Source of the DNA: an uncultured Desulfurellales bacterium
Lineage (GTDB): Bacteria; Campylobacterota_A; Desulfurellia; Desulfurellales; CAZERD01
NCBI GenBank assembly: GCA_964515405.1
Contig: CAZERD010000004.1
Span: 1-54,707 of the forward strand
Direction: 5' to 3'
DNA length: 54,707 bases
The translations under genes were made by a program, and so were the position numbers. Of this stretch, positions 1 to 9,524 are shown one piece after another. Numbering within the stretch: the stretch's first letter is position 1; every line of letters begins with the position of its first letter. A model generated the notes under the pieces. That model saw only the letters and a list, made by a program, of their open reading frames with translations, made no database searches and was not told the DNA's origin.

Positions 1-225
1 TTCTGAGATAATTTCTCTTTTCTTTAATTCATTTAATAATTCATCAAATTCTATATTTTCTGTTTTTTTAGAATAAAAAATACTATTATATTCAAATTCA
101 TACTCTGCATTATCATTTTTTTCAATCTCAATATAAACATGCAAACCTTCTGTTACGCCTCCTTCAAACAACTCTTCAAAATCATTCTTTAACCAATTTG
201 CGTAATTAACTAATTCTTCGAGCAT
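1..225 (-). CDS. 5' part of a probable type I CRISPR large subunit (Cas8b-like); runs off the window
   Basis: Not in the ORF track. ATG at 225 with GGAGG RBS at 230-234; frame is open to base 1: MLEELVNYANWLKNDFEELFEGGVTEGLHVYIEIEKND... AT-rich and downstream of cas6. The Cas8 identity rests on position and recalled N-terminal pattern only. Confidence 0.45.
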   Translation of the reverse strand, partial: MLEELVNYANWLKNDFEELFEGGVTEGLHVYIEIEKNDNAEYEFEYNSIFYSKKTENIEFDELLNELKKREIISE

Positions 226-240
226 ATTTCCTCCAATTGC

Positions 241-270
241 ATTATATAGCTTTAACAAGAATCATAGCAA
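241..270 (-). promoter_or_regulatory. Putative sigma70 promoter for the Cas8-like gene
   Basis: Minus strand TTGCTA-N18-TATAAT immediately upstream of the GGAGG RBS. Confidence 0.4.
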
Positions 271-285
271 AATTTTTCATTTTTG

Positions 286-444
286 TTAATTTTTTAAATT
301 ATACGCCTTTGTCATTGCTCCCCACATTGTCCAGCCGGGAATAAAAATCCGTGTTTCATTAATTACACCGTAACTTCCCGCACCTATGTGAATGGATTGA
401 ACCTGCCTGAAAATAACCTTATACCATTTTTTAGTTTTACTCAC
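286..444 (-). pseudogene. Truncated CRISPR RAMP-family gene (type III-like), 52 aa remnant
   Basis: GTG overlaps the cas6 stop. Translates MSKTKKWYKVIFRQVQSIHIGAGSYGVINETRIFIPGWTMWGAMTKAYNLKN*. HIG and IPGxTxWGA are RAMP N-terminal motifs. Confidence 0.75.
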
Positions 445-1219
445 TATACGCACCTTTAACGCTTCTTTTTTGTTCTCTTTTCTTTTCCCTTACCACTTCC
501 ACCATGCCAAAACCTTGAGCGTTTCTGCTACCTAAACCCACATCTAAGGCGAATTTTAGGAAAGTCGGCTCGGCTTTTACTGTGAAAAACCCATCGTAGC
601 CGTTTATCATAATATAACGATTTCTCACGCCGAACCTGACAGGTCTTTTTCTGTTTTTGCCAGCAGGTTTAATGTCAATATCATAAGGGCACGGCTCTTT
701 ATAAAACGCTTCCCATTTTTTCTTTAGATTCTCATTTATGAGCTCGGAAAATTTGCCATCAAAAGGCGAATAATAATATGTGCTTTTCTTGTCATCCTTT
801 TCGAGTGTAGAGTGAACTTCAATAGGCGAAAGCGTTTTTATGGTGGTTGCGTTTGATTGTATTTTTTCTTTTGGAAGTACCGATATTGACGAAATCGACA
901 GTTCATTGTTGTTCATATTCAACGTATCCAAATTTATGGAACTCACCGCCAGTTTTTCTAAAATCCAATCTACACAAGAAGCCACATAAAAGCTTATGAC
1001 GTTTGGGAATATAAAAACTCTTTTTTCTTTATCGAATTTAGCTTTTTCTATAATTTCCGAGAATACAAACAGTCTAAAACTTCTTTTTTTCGACAAAAAA
1101 CCAACATTGTGGAGCCAGTCATCTTTTATCAAGCTATAGATTAACCATTGAAGGCTTTCGTTAAAGCCTAAAGGCAACACTATTTCTTTATTGCCAACCA
1201 ATTCTATTTTTATTCTCAT
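437..1219 (-). CDS. cas6: CRISPR-associated endoribonuclease Cas6
   Basis: LHxxGF...F.LFVFS N-terminal motif, TLSPI, YYSP, and C-terminal Gly-rich loop GLGSRNAQGFG. Confidence 0.95.
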   Translation of the reverse strand: MRIKIELVGNKEIVLPLGFNESLQWLIYSLIKDDWLHNVGFLSKKRSFRLFVFSEIIEKAKFDKEKRVFIFPNVISFYVASCVDWILEKLAVSSINLDTLNMNNNELSISSISVLPKEKIQSNATTIKTLSPIEVHSTLEKDDKKSTYYYSPFDGKFSELINENLKKKWEAFYKEPCPYDIDIKPAGKNRKRPVRFGVRNRYIMINGYDGFFTVKAEPTFLKFALDVGLGSRNAQGFGMVEVVREKKREQKRSVKGAYSE

Positions 1220-1228
1220 AAACTCTCC

Positions 1229-1496
1229 TTACAATAAAACCACCCTTATCGCTGCAATCTCATTACATCTAAGGCTGACCTTTTCTTTTATCACACACCA
1301 TAAGCAAATTCTCCAATATCCAATCCACAGGAGAAGCCACGGTAAAGCTGATTGCCTCAGTAAAAGCAAACGATCTAAAGTCCTCTTCCCATGCGTAAAT
1401 CCTATGCCGTGCAACTACTCGTCATCTACACCTACATAAACGAAACCTAGATGACACAACACCTCTCTCACTGGACGAAAGTACTCCTATTCTCGT
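1229..1496 (-). pseudogene. cas6: Decayed second cas6 copy (N-terminal part)
   Basis: Collinear fragments in shifting frames match the intact cas6: (ACG)RI, REVLCHLGF, DDE*LHGIGFTHGKRT, FRSFAFTE, ISFTVASPVDWILENL versus MRI, KEIVLPLGF, DDWLHNVGFLSKKRS, FRLFVFSE, ISFYVASCVDWILEKL. Confidence 0.8.
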
Positions 1497-1574
1497 TCTT
1501 AATCAGCGCCTTCTTCTATGATGCTACACTAATATCTGCTTAAACACACAAACTTTTTATAAATACAAAACCAA

Positions 1575-3446
1575 CTAGTCTCCAGTTTCGAACTTTTCCG
1601 TGAGCCTTTTAAGTTCCTCCGACATCGAAGCAAGCTTTAGCGCTGTTGATGACACTTCTGATACAACGGATGTGCTTTCCTCAAGACCGCGGGATATTTG
1701 CTGGACATTAATGTTTATATCATCTATGGTGGCATTTTCCTCAGCCACAGCGGAAGCCACCTCTGTTGCCTCTGCAAGTATTCTCTTGCTTGACTCCACT
1801 ATCCCTTCCAGGGTTTCTAAGGATTCCTCTCCCAACTTCTTACCCTCATCAACCTCCTGAGCAGCTTTTTTCATCTCCTCATTAAGCAACTCCGTTTCAT
1901 CCTGTAATGCTCCTATAATCTCGCTTATCTTCCTCGTAGCCTCCCCGGTCCTTTCTGCAAGTTTTCTCACCTCGTCGGCAACCACGGCAAACCCTTTACC
2001 GTGCTCGCCAGCCCTCGCGGCTTCTATGGCAGCATTCAAAGCAAGCAGATTAGTCTGATCCGCTATGTCGTTTATTACACTCGTTATATCTCCTATGCTC
2101 TTCGAGAAATCCCTCAACTTAAGTATCATCTCGCCAAGATTATCAGCCTGGTTCTTTATAGAATCCAATGATCGTATCGACTGTTCTATTATTCTACTAC
2201 CATTCTCTGTCAATTTGGCCGACTCCTCCGCACTTTCCTTCGTTTCCTCTATGGATTTGCCTATAGAATTGGATGTAGCAGCGAGTTCCTCTATTGCCGA
2301 GGCAACGGATTGTGTTTGACTGCTCTGATCCTTCATCGTGGATGCAAGCTCCTCAGACGCACTAGATATCTGAGTGGATACGGAGCTCATACTGTTCACA
2401 TCTGCCTTAAGTTTAACAATCAATTTTTCAACTGCTTCGATATACTTGTTAAACGCATGCCCAACCTCGGACAGTTCATCCTCAGCCAGCAACTCTATCC
2501 TTTTACCAAGCACTATTTTATCACCCCTAAACAGGGACTTGGCAGATTCAACAAACCAGGCTATAGACTTGTTGATGGAAGATCTTATATAAACGAGAAT
2601 AGCTATAAGTATAATAGCCACAAGCACTTTGACAAGCACGCTCACCATTCTGATGGCTTTTATCCTGTGCATATAATAGGCTTTGGCCACCTTTTGAAAC
2701 CTATCCATCATGGCAAAGTATCTAGCAGCCATCCTTCTCATGATGTCCCTCAATCCTTCATTTTCATTCAAGCCTATCTTTTGATAAAGCCTGGCAACTC
2801 CAAGAAATCTATTCTTGTAGTCTTCAGCAAGCTTCAATACCTGAGATTTAGTCTTCTCAGAAAGATCACTGTTTTCAACATCGCTTACAAACTTCTCAAA
2901 AACCAAGCTAAACTTCTCCACATAAACCGGCGTTTCCCTAAGAAAGAAATCCTTTTCGTATTTTCTCAGCAATAAAATATCAGAATACAACCTGTATTCC
3001 CCCATTCCTCTCAATAGAGATTCAATCTTCTCCACCGCTCTTTTCAATTCTCCCCTCAATCCTTTATTCTCACTCAAGCCAGCTTTCTTTTCCGCCAAAG
3101 CAACCCCTAAAAAGGCTTTCTCGTAAGCTTCTATAGCTCTTTCAAGGGGGACTGTGGAAAAACCGAATACGCCAACACTTTTTGTAAGTTCCTTAAGTTT
3201 CTCAACGCTCTCTTTGAAATCTCTCACATACTGAAGATTTTTCCTCATAAGAAAGTTCTTCTCGTCAGAACGAAGTTTCAAAACAGTCATCTCTATGGAA
3301 AATATTCTTTCCTTCTGGATCTCGAAGCTCTTGGTCTCAGTACTAAGCCACCAATTGAGAGACATAAAGGTTACAAAACCAACTACAATAAGGGCGACAA
3401 GGAGCCATAGCTTGGACGAGATGGTTGTCAAAACCCCTCTTTTCAT
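1575..3446 (-). CDS. Methyl-accepting chemotaxis protein
   Basis: Two TM helices, periplasmic helical sensor domain, and signalling motif [38 protein letters not shown]. Confidence 0.96.
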   Translation of the reverse strand: MKRGVLTTISSKLWLLVALIVVGFVTFMSLNWWLSTETKSFEIQKERIFSIEMTVLKLRSDEKNFLMRKNLQYVRDFKESVEKLKELTKSVGVFGFSTVPLERAIEAYEKAFLGVALAEKKAGLSENKGLRGELKRAVEKIESLLRGMGEYRLYSDILLLRKYEKDFFLRETPVYVEKFSLVFEKFVSDVENSDLSEKTKSQVLKLAEDYKNRFLGVARLYQKIGLNENEGLRDIMRRMAARYFAMMDRFQKVAKAYYMHRIKAIRMVSVLVKVLVAIILIAILVYIRSSINKSIAWFVESAKSLFRGDKIVLGKRIELLAEDELSEVGHAFNKYIEAVEKLIVKLKADVNSMSSVSTQISSASEELASTMKDQSSQTQSVASAIEELAATSNSIGKSIEETKESAEESAKLTENGSRIIEQSIRSLDSIKNQADNLGEMILKLRDFSKSIGDITSVINDIADQTNLLALNAAIEAARAGEHGKGFAVVADEVRKLAERTGEATRKISEIIGALQDETELLNEEMKKAAQEVDEGKKLGEESLETLEGIVESSKRILAEATEVASAVAEENATIDDININVQQISRGLEESTSVVSEVSSTALKLASMSEELKRLTEKFETGD

Positions 3447-3558
3447 AATTTACCCTCCTTTAAAAAATCCTAGTTCACATAACTAATCATACAACTATTC
3501 CTAATTATCGGTCAAGAAAAAACAATAATTTAATATATACAATATCTTAGATACCTTT

Positions 3559-3593
3559 TTTGTGTTTGCATTCACAAACCGTATATGTATAAT
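3559..3593 (+). promoter_or_regulatory. Putative promoter with overlapping palindromic operator
   Basis: TTGCAT-N16-TATAAT (3566-3593); the -35 lies inside TTTGTGtttgcattCACAAA (3559-3578). Confidence 0.45.
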
Positions 3594-3612
3594 TGCCAAG
3601 GGGGGAGTGTAC

Positions 3613-3783
3613 ATGAGTAACAGCAGTGGAAAGATAACCACTATAGAACCCATTGAAGTTAAATGTCCTAAGTGTGGATACACAGAAATAATATACGTCC
3701 CCAAGGAAGAAATCCCCAAATGCCCACGGTGCGGGACTCAAATGATGATAAGTGAGCTATTGGACGAGGGAAAATACTATTAA
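3613..3783 (+). CDS. Small zinc-ribbon protein (56 aa)
   Basis: GGGGGAG RBS before ATG 3613; CPKCG and CPRCG motifs; first gene of the ABC operon. Confidence 0.8.
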   Translation: MSNSSGKITTIEPIEVKCPKCGYTEIIYVPKEEIPKCPRCGTQMMISELLDEGKYY

Positions 3784-3804
3784 TAACTTAGAAAGGAGGT
3801 TCCT

Positions 3805-4629
3805 ATGAGGAAGTTTTTGGTCGTACTGATGAGTGTATTCACCTTGGTATTTTTCTCAAGCATAACACATGCCTCTGACCTGAAGCTATGGAAAAGCTCC
3901 ACCCTCTACCAGATAATCCATAGGGGAGTGCTGAAGGTAGGATTAAATGCTGGATATATGCCGTTTGAAATGAGAAGCAGGTCAGGGCAAATAATCGGAT
4001 TTGATGTGGATATTGCAAAAGCCATGGCAAATGCTATGGGTGTAAAACTCAAAATCATCAACACAGATTGGGACGGAATCATACCGGCACTCCTGACAGG
4101 AAAATTTGACATCATCATAAGCGGAATGACAATCACCCAGAAAAGAAATCTGAAGGTCAATTTCGCTAATCCGTATTTTGTCGTAGGACAAACGATACTC
4201 CTTAACAAGAAATGGGCGGGTAAAATCAAGAGCTATAAGGATCTGAACAATCCCAAATACACTGTAACATGTATGCTTGGAACCACCGGTGAATTTGCTG
4301 CAAGAAAGTACATGCCTAGGGCAAAGATAGAAGCATTTGGCACAGAGGAAGAAGCTGTCATGCAAGTATTGCAGGGAAGGGCAGACGCCTTCGTGTATGA
4401 TAAACCTTACAATACAATATTCTACGAAACAAAAGGGAAAGGCAAATTAGTGTTCCTAAGCAAACCATTCACATACGAGCCTCTTGGATGGGCAATAAGA
4501 AAGGGCGATCCAGACTTCATGAATTGGCTGAATAATTTCCTTAGACAAATAAAGCACGACGGCCTGTACGAGAAACTCTACAAGAAATGGTTTGTAAACG
4601 TCAAGGGTTGGATAAACAAGGTTCAATAA
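3805..4629 (+). CDS. Polar amino-acid ABC transporter substrate-binding protein
   Basis: Signal peptide; GFDVDIA, WDGIIPALLTGKFDIIISGMTIT (SBP family 3). Confidence 0.95.
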   Translation: MRKFLVVLMSVFTLVFFSSITHASDLKLWKSSTLYQIIHRGVLKVGLNAGYMPFEMRSRSGQIIGFDVDIAKAMANAMGVKLKIINTDWDGIIPALLTGKFDIIISGMTITQKRNLKVNFANPYFVVGQTILLNKKWAGKIKSYKDLNNPKYTVTCMLGTTGEFAARKYMPRAKIEAFGTEEEAVMQVLQGRADAFVYDKPYNTIFYETKGKGKLVFLSKPFTYEPLGWAIRKGDPDFMNWLNNFLRQIKHDGLYEKLYKKWFVNVKGWINKVQ

Positions 4630-4635
4630 CACACC

Positions 4636-5583
4636 ATGAGGAGACGGAGCAAGAGAAGTAAGCTGCTCTGGAATATAGCCTATGTCCTTGTGCTTGTGGG
4701 CATAGGCTTCTTCATTTACAGAGCCAGCATGAGGATAAACTACTCATGGAATTGGGGAGCTGTTCCATCCTACATCATCTATCACGGTGAAAAACAAATA
4801 AATTCACCTGCAAACGGCTTCGTAAAGAGTTATTCCAACGGGGTACTCACCATAGAAACCCTCAACAAGAAAATAATCAAAATAAAAGTAGAACACACCA
4901 AGCTGAAAAAAGGAAGTATAGTTGTACAGGACGAACCCGTAGGCTATGACTCCTATTACCAGCCTGGACCACTACTACAAGGCCTGTTTATGACCATAAA
5001 GATCTCCATTGCCTCAATAATAGCGGCACTGGTAATAGGATTTATAGCTGGGTTGATGAGAATATCAAACAACCCTTTGCTCAGCAATCTATCAACAACA
5101 TATATAGAACTCATCCGTGGAACACCATTGCTTGTTCAGATATTCATAGTGTACTTCTTCATAGGCACCATATTCAACATGACCCGCTTCATAGCCGGAG
5201 CCTTCGCTCTGGCAGCCTTTGAAGGAGCATATGTAGCAGAAATCATCAGAGCAGGCATACAATCCATACCCAGAGGGCAAACAGAGGCCTCCCTTGCCCT
5301 TGGCATGAACTACTTCCAAATCATGAGACACATAATCATACCCCAAGCCGTAAAAAGAGTGCTTCCAGCACTTGCAGGACAGTTTATTTCACTCATCAAG
5401 GACTCATCACTCCTATCTATCATATCCATCACCGAGTTAACCAAAGCTGGCAGGGAAGTGGTTTCTTCTACATTTAGTCCATTTGAGGTGTGGTTCACTG
5501 TCGCTGCCCTGTACTTTATCATGACCTACACATTATCTTTGCTCGACAGATATATTGAAAGGAGACTGGCTCAGGGTGAGTGA
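4636..5583 (+). CDS. Polar amino-acid ABC transporter permease
   Basis: [13 protein letters not shown] and EAA-like loop [23 protein letters not shown]. Confidence 0.95.
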   Translation: MRRRSKRSKLLWNIAYVLVLVGIGFFIYRASMRINYSWNWGAVPSYIIYHGEKQINSPANGFVKSYSNGVLTIETLNKKIIKIKVEHTKLKKGSIVVQDEPVGYDSYYQPGPLLQGLFMTIKISIASIIAALVIGFIAGLMRISNNPLLSNLSTTYIELIRGTPLLVQIFIVYFFIGTIFNMTRFIAGAFALAAFEGAYVAEIIRAGIQSIPRGQTEASLALGMNYFQIMRHIIIPQAVKRVLPALAGQFISLIKDSSLLSIISITELTKAGREVVSSTFSPFEVWFTVAALYFIMTYTLSLLDRYIERRLAQGE

Positions 5584-6319
5584 AAACGGAAATATTATCA
5601 TTGCAGAAAACGTAACCAAAACATACCCCAATGGTGTACAAGCCTTAAGGGATGTATCACTGACCGTCAAAAAAGGTGAGGTAGTTGTAATTATCGGGGC
5701 CTCAGGCTCAGGTAAAACAACCTTCTTAAGAACCATCAACCAGCTTGAAGATATTGATTCAGGAAGAATTGTAGTCGACGGGGTAGAGGTTACAGATCCT
5801 AAAGCAAACCTCACAAAGATAAGAGCTAACATAGGTATGGTGTTCCAACACTTTAATGTGTTCCCCCATATGACTGTCCTCGAAAATGTGATGCTTGCAC
5901 AGATACTCGTCAGAAAGAGAAACAAGGAACAAGCCAAAGAGATCGCCATGGAGTTCCTCAACAAGGTAGGAATAGCAGACAAAGCCAACGAATATCCTGG
6001 CAACCTGTCAGGGGGACAGCAACAAAGAGTAGCTATAGCAAGAGCGCTGGCAATGAATCCAAAGATAATGCTATTCGACGAAGCAACAAGTGCGCTTGAT
6101 CCTGAGATGGTGGGAGGAATATTGGACATAATGAAAAGACTGGCAAGCGAGGGTATAACAATGGTTGTCGTTACCCATGAGATGGGCTTTGCAAGGGAAG
6201 CAGCAGATAGGATAGTTTATATGGATGCTGGTAAGATTATAGAAATGGGGACACCTGAGGAAATATTTAATCATCCAAAAAACGATAGACTAAAACAATT
6301 CCTGAGCCAAATACTATGA
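5576..6319 (+). CDS. Polar amino-acid ABC transporter ATP-binding protein (GlnQ-like)
   Basis: Walker [29 protein letters not shown] start at 5576 preferred. Confidence 0.95.
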   Translation: MSENGNIIIAENVTKTYPNGVQALRDVSLTVKKGEVVVIIGASGSGKTTFLRTINQLEDIDSGRIVVDGVEVTDPKANLTKIRANIGMVFQHFNVFPHMTVLENVMLAQILVRKRNKEQAKEIAMEFLNKVGIADKANEYPGNLSGGQQQRVAIARALAMNPKIMLFDEATSALDPEMVGGILDIMKRLASEGITMVVVTHEMGFAREAADRIVYMDAGKIIEMGTPEEIFNHPKNDRLKQFLSQIL

Positions 6320-7338
6320 AAAAGACCAAAATCCCTATAGAAAAAGCTGTGGGACTGAGCCTTGAACATGATATCACAAAGATAGATAAAGATAACAACT
6401 TCAAAGGGGCTTTCTTTAAGAAGGGCTACGTGATAAAGAAGGAAGATATCCCTGTTCTGAGAAGCCTCGGAAAACATTACATATACAAGTTCCAACCCGC
6501 CAAAGACGATGTTCACGAAAACGATTTCGCAACAGAATTAGCGCCGTACTTAGCCGGAGACAACATATATTTCCCAGACGAGCCATCTGAAGGGAAAATA
6601 TCATTCTATTCAGCAATAAAGGGTCTGTTCAAAGTTGACATAAACAGATTGTTCAAACTAAACAACATCAAGGAACTTTCATTCCCAACCATAGGCAACA
6701 ACTTTCCAGTGGAACATTCAAAACTTGTAGCTTCCTTCCGAATAATACCTCTTTTCTCAAAGAGAAAAACACTTGAAAAAGCTAAAAACATCGCAAGCAA
6801 ACCTATAGTCAAGGTGGTACCGTACAAAATCAAAAAAGCAAACCTAATAATCACAGGAAACGAAATATATAACGGATTGGTAGAGGACAGATTTGAAACA
6901 AAAATAAGGAGCAAGCTCAGCAAGTTTGGGGTGGTAATTGAAAGAGTAAGAATTGCTGCAGACGACATAAAAATGATTAAAAACGTATTTGATGAGCTGA
7001 TAGACACGCAGTTGTTAATGGTAACAGGAGGCTCAAGTGTTGATCCGGATGACGTGACCAAAACAGCTTTGAAAAGGTGCGGAGTAAAGTTTATAAGGGA
7101 AGGCAATCCCATACAGCCAGCAAATAACTTTACCATGGGATATTTTGAAGGCGTTAGCGTGTGTATCATACCAGCGGGTGCACTATTCTACAAGGCAAGC
7201 GCACTTGACATATTCCTCCCCAGGATACTCGCCAAAGACAGAATGACAAATGCTGAGATATCCAGATACGCACTCGGGGGACTCTGTCATTTTTGCGAAC
7301 ACTGTACGTACCCTATATGCCCATTCGGGAGGTGTTAA
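6316..7338 (+). CDS. MoeA-like molybdopterin-binding protein with C-terminal Cys cluster
   Basis: [18 protein letters not shown]-terminal [18 protein letters not shown]; adjacent to moeA. Confidence 0.8.
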   Translation: MKKTKIPIEKAVGLSLEHDITKIDKDNNFKGAFFKKGYVIKKEDIPVLRSLGKHYIYKFQPAKDDVHENDFATELAPYLAGDNIYFPDEPSEGKISFYSAIKGLFKVDINRLFKLNNIKELSFPTIGNNFPVEHSKLVASFRIIPLFSKRKTLEKAKNIASKPIVKVVPYKIKKANLIITGNEIYNGLVEDRFETKIRSKLSKFGVVIERVRIAADDIKMIKNVFDELIDTQLLMVTGGSSVDPDDVTKTALKRCGVKFIREGNPIQPANNFTMGYFEGVSVCIIPAGALFYKASALDIFLPRILAKDRMTNAEISRYALGGLCHFCEHCTYPICPFGRC

Positions 7339-8507
7339 TGGTTTCAGTTAAAGAAGCTTTAAAAATCATCTCAGAGCGCATACAGCCCACAGAGTCCTTA
7401 GAGGTATACACCAACGAAAGCTATGGCCTCACACTCAGCAAGGATATCACAGCACCGCAGGATTCACCAACCTTTACCCGTGCCGCCATGGATGGATATG
7501 CCATATCAGACACGACCCTGAAAAAATATAAACTCGTGCCATCTATGGATGCATTAGACAAAGACACTGCTGTAAGAGTAAACACAGGAAATCTGCTCTC
7601 TGACCAGGTAAAAGCAGTGGTCGAACTCGAAAACACTATTCCCGTAAGCGAAGAATGCATAGAGCTTAGCATTATACCACAACCACACAGAAACATGAAT
7701 CTAGTGGGAATGGAGTTTAAAAAAGGAAAGGTAATAGCAAAAAAAGGAGAAATGGTTTCCACAAGGACTATGTCTCTGCTTTTCTATGCAGGAATACTTC
7801 GTGTTAGCGTCCATAGGAAACCGATAGTGGGTTTAATAACAACAGGAGATGAAGTAGCATTTCCTGGGGAGAAAACCAGTATAGATAGCGTATTCAACTC
7901 GAACTTCTACATTCTCAAGGGCCTGTTCAACAAATGGGGATGCGACATCGTGTATTTCGGGCACGCTAAAGACTCTGTGGAAGACATGGGAAAACGAATA
8001 GCAACAGCGATGGATAGGAGTGATATGGTTGTTACAACGGGAGGCTCCAGCAGAGGAAGTGCCGATTACACGAAGGAAGTATTCAGAAAACTCGGCGTAA
8101 ATATAATGCTTGAAAAAACAGCGATAAAGCCGGGGAAACCCATGTTATTCGGAACAAAAAATGAGAAACCCATCTTTGGCATGCCGGGATGGCCATCTGC
8201 TCTGTTCAGCACAGCCTACATATATCTAAAGCCCTCAGCCTACAAGTTGTCTGGCAGAAAAGAGGATAAGTTTTCTATTGTTCAAGGAATATTAACAAAA
8301 CCGATACACTCCAGAATCGGTAAAACCTACCTCATAAGGGTGGATGTAGAGTACAGAGATGGAAACTTCCTATGTACCCCAAAGGAAAATCAAACAACAG
8401 ATAATTTCTACACAGCAGTCTCTGCAGATGGGCTCATAATAGCAGATGAAAACAGGGGAGACGTAAAAGAGGGCACATCCCTCCCCCTAATACTGTTTGA
8501 TGATTAA
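7338..8507 (+). CDS. moeA: Molybdopterin molybdenumtransferase MoeA
   Basis: AAMDGYA, TTGDE, TTGGSSRGSADY, KPGKP, GMPGWP. ATG overlaps the upstream TAA. Confidence 0.92.
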   Translation: MVSVKEALKIISERIQPTESLEVYTNESYGLTLSKDITAPQDSPTFTRAAMDGYAISDTTLKKYKLVPSMDALDKDTAVRVNTGNLLSDQVKAVVELENTIPVSEECIELSIIPQPHRNMNLVGMEFKKGKVIAKKGEMVSTRTMSLLFYAGILRVSVHRKPIVGLITTGDEVAFPGEKTSIDSVFNSNFYILKGLFNKWGCDIVYFGHAKDSVEDMGKRIATAMDRSDMVVTTGGSSRGSADYTKEVFRKLGVNIMLEKTAIKPGKPMLFGTKNEKPIFGMPGWPSALFSTAYIYLKPSAYKLSGRKEDKFSIVQGILTKPIHSRIGKTYLIRVDVEYRDGNFLCTPKENQTTDNFYTAVSADGLIIADENRGDVKEGTSLPLILFDD

Positions 8508-8824
8508 TCTTTTTTTATAATATCCAACAAGTCCTTGGCGCTCTCACCAGGCATAGAAGAACTTATCTTTATATTGCTCTTTGCCTCAAGATACTTGTTT
8601 ACTAACTCTCCCGGCGGATTCTCAAACTCGTATATCACCTTATCCATGGAAATCCTTCCGGTGACCTTCTCCTCAAACGGAAAACCATAAGGCACAATGG
8701 CCATGTGAACATTGTTGGAACCTGGAAGCAACTGGACAAGTGCAACATCCTCAATAGAATCTGTTACCTCATTGTACGAACCTATCACTGTCTCACCCGT
8801 GACCAACTTCACAAATTTAATCAT
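8504..8824 (-). CDS. Hypothetical protein (possible Sm-like beta fold)
   Basis: GGAGGG RBS before ATG 8824; IKFVKLVTGETVIG N-terminus; last gene of the ffh-rplS operon. Confidence 0.7.
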   Translation of the reverse strand: MIKFVKLVTGETVIGSYNEVTDSIEDVALVQLLPGSNNVHMAIVPYGFPFEEKVTGRISMDKVIYEFENPPGELVNKYLEAKSNIKISSSMPGESAKDLLDIIKKD

Positions 8825-8836
8825 TTTCCCTCCCAT

Positions 8837-9199
8837 CTAAAAAGCGTTCTCAACCCACACAACATCATCTTCTACTATTCCTATAGCATCGAACCTCACT
8901 TTCACTTCATGCTCGTTGATACCCAACCTTTTGAGAAATTCCCTAGCACAGACCCTGACCCTCTTCCTTTTAGCCTCGTTAATATATTCAAGGGGATGCC
9001 CGAAAACCGTTGTACTTCTCGCTTTAACCTCTATAAAAACAAACACGTCACCCCTTTTCGCTATTATATCTATCTCACCTCTCCTACACCTATAATTAAC
9101 CTCCACTATAGAATAACCCTTTTTTCTAACTAGCGACGAGGCTATATTCTCTGCTTCCCTGCCAAGAGATAGGCTACCTCTTTCTCTTGATCCTGGCAG
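8837..9199 (-). CDS. yraN: YraN/UPF0102 family nuclease-like protein, probable CTG start
   Basis: [26 protein letters not shown]. The frame extends upstream of the track start as [18 protein letters not shown] to a CTG at 9199 with GAGGAG 8 nt upstream. Confidence 0.85.
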   Translation of the reverse strand: MPGSRERGSLSLGREAENIASSLVRKKGYSIVEVNYRCRRGEIDIIAKRGDVFVFIEVKARSTTVFGHPLEYINEAKRKRVRVCAREFLKRLGINEHEVKVRFDAIGIVEDDVVWVENAF

Positions 9200-9524
9200 C
9201 CTTTCCTCTCCTCTTTCTTAGGTAATAAAGTCTGGCTCTCCTAACCTTACCCCTGCTCACAACCTCAACCTTCTCTATGGTGGGGGTATAGTAGGGAAAA
9301 ACCTTCTCAACCCCAACCCCAAAAGACTCTTTCCTCACCGTAAACGTTTTGTTTATACCAGAACCCCTTCTTCTTATCACCACGCCGGAGAAAACCTGAA
9401 TCCTCTCCTTATTCCCTTCCTTAACCTTCAAATATACGTTTACAAAGTCTCCGGGCCACAATTCCGGGATTTCCTTCCCGTATTTGGACTTCATATCCTC
9501 TTCAAAGAGTCTCAACTTATCCAT
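9174..9524 (-). CDS. rplS: 50S ribosomal protein L19
   Basis: [31 protein letters not shown]. Confidence 0.97.
   Translation of the reverse strand: MDKLRLFEEDMKSKYGKEIPELWPGDFVNVYLKVKEGNKERIQVFSGVVIRRRGSGINKTFTVRKESFGVGVEKVFPYYTPTIEKVEVVSRGKVRRARLYYLRKRRGKAARIKRKR

Noticed and set aside
1229-1414. 61-aa ORF as an independent gene
   Set aside because: It is one reading frame of the decayed cas6 copy.
1415-1417. In-frame TAG as pyrrolysine or read-through
   Set aside because: It aligns to a Trp (TGG) position and is accompanied by frameshifts and deletions, so it is a nonsense mutation.
1-1575. CRISPR repeat-spacer array near cas6
   Set aside because: No regularly spaced repeats are visible here or elsewhere in the window.
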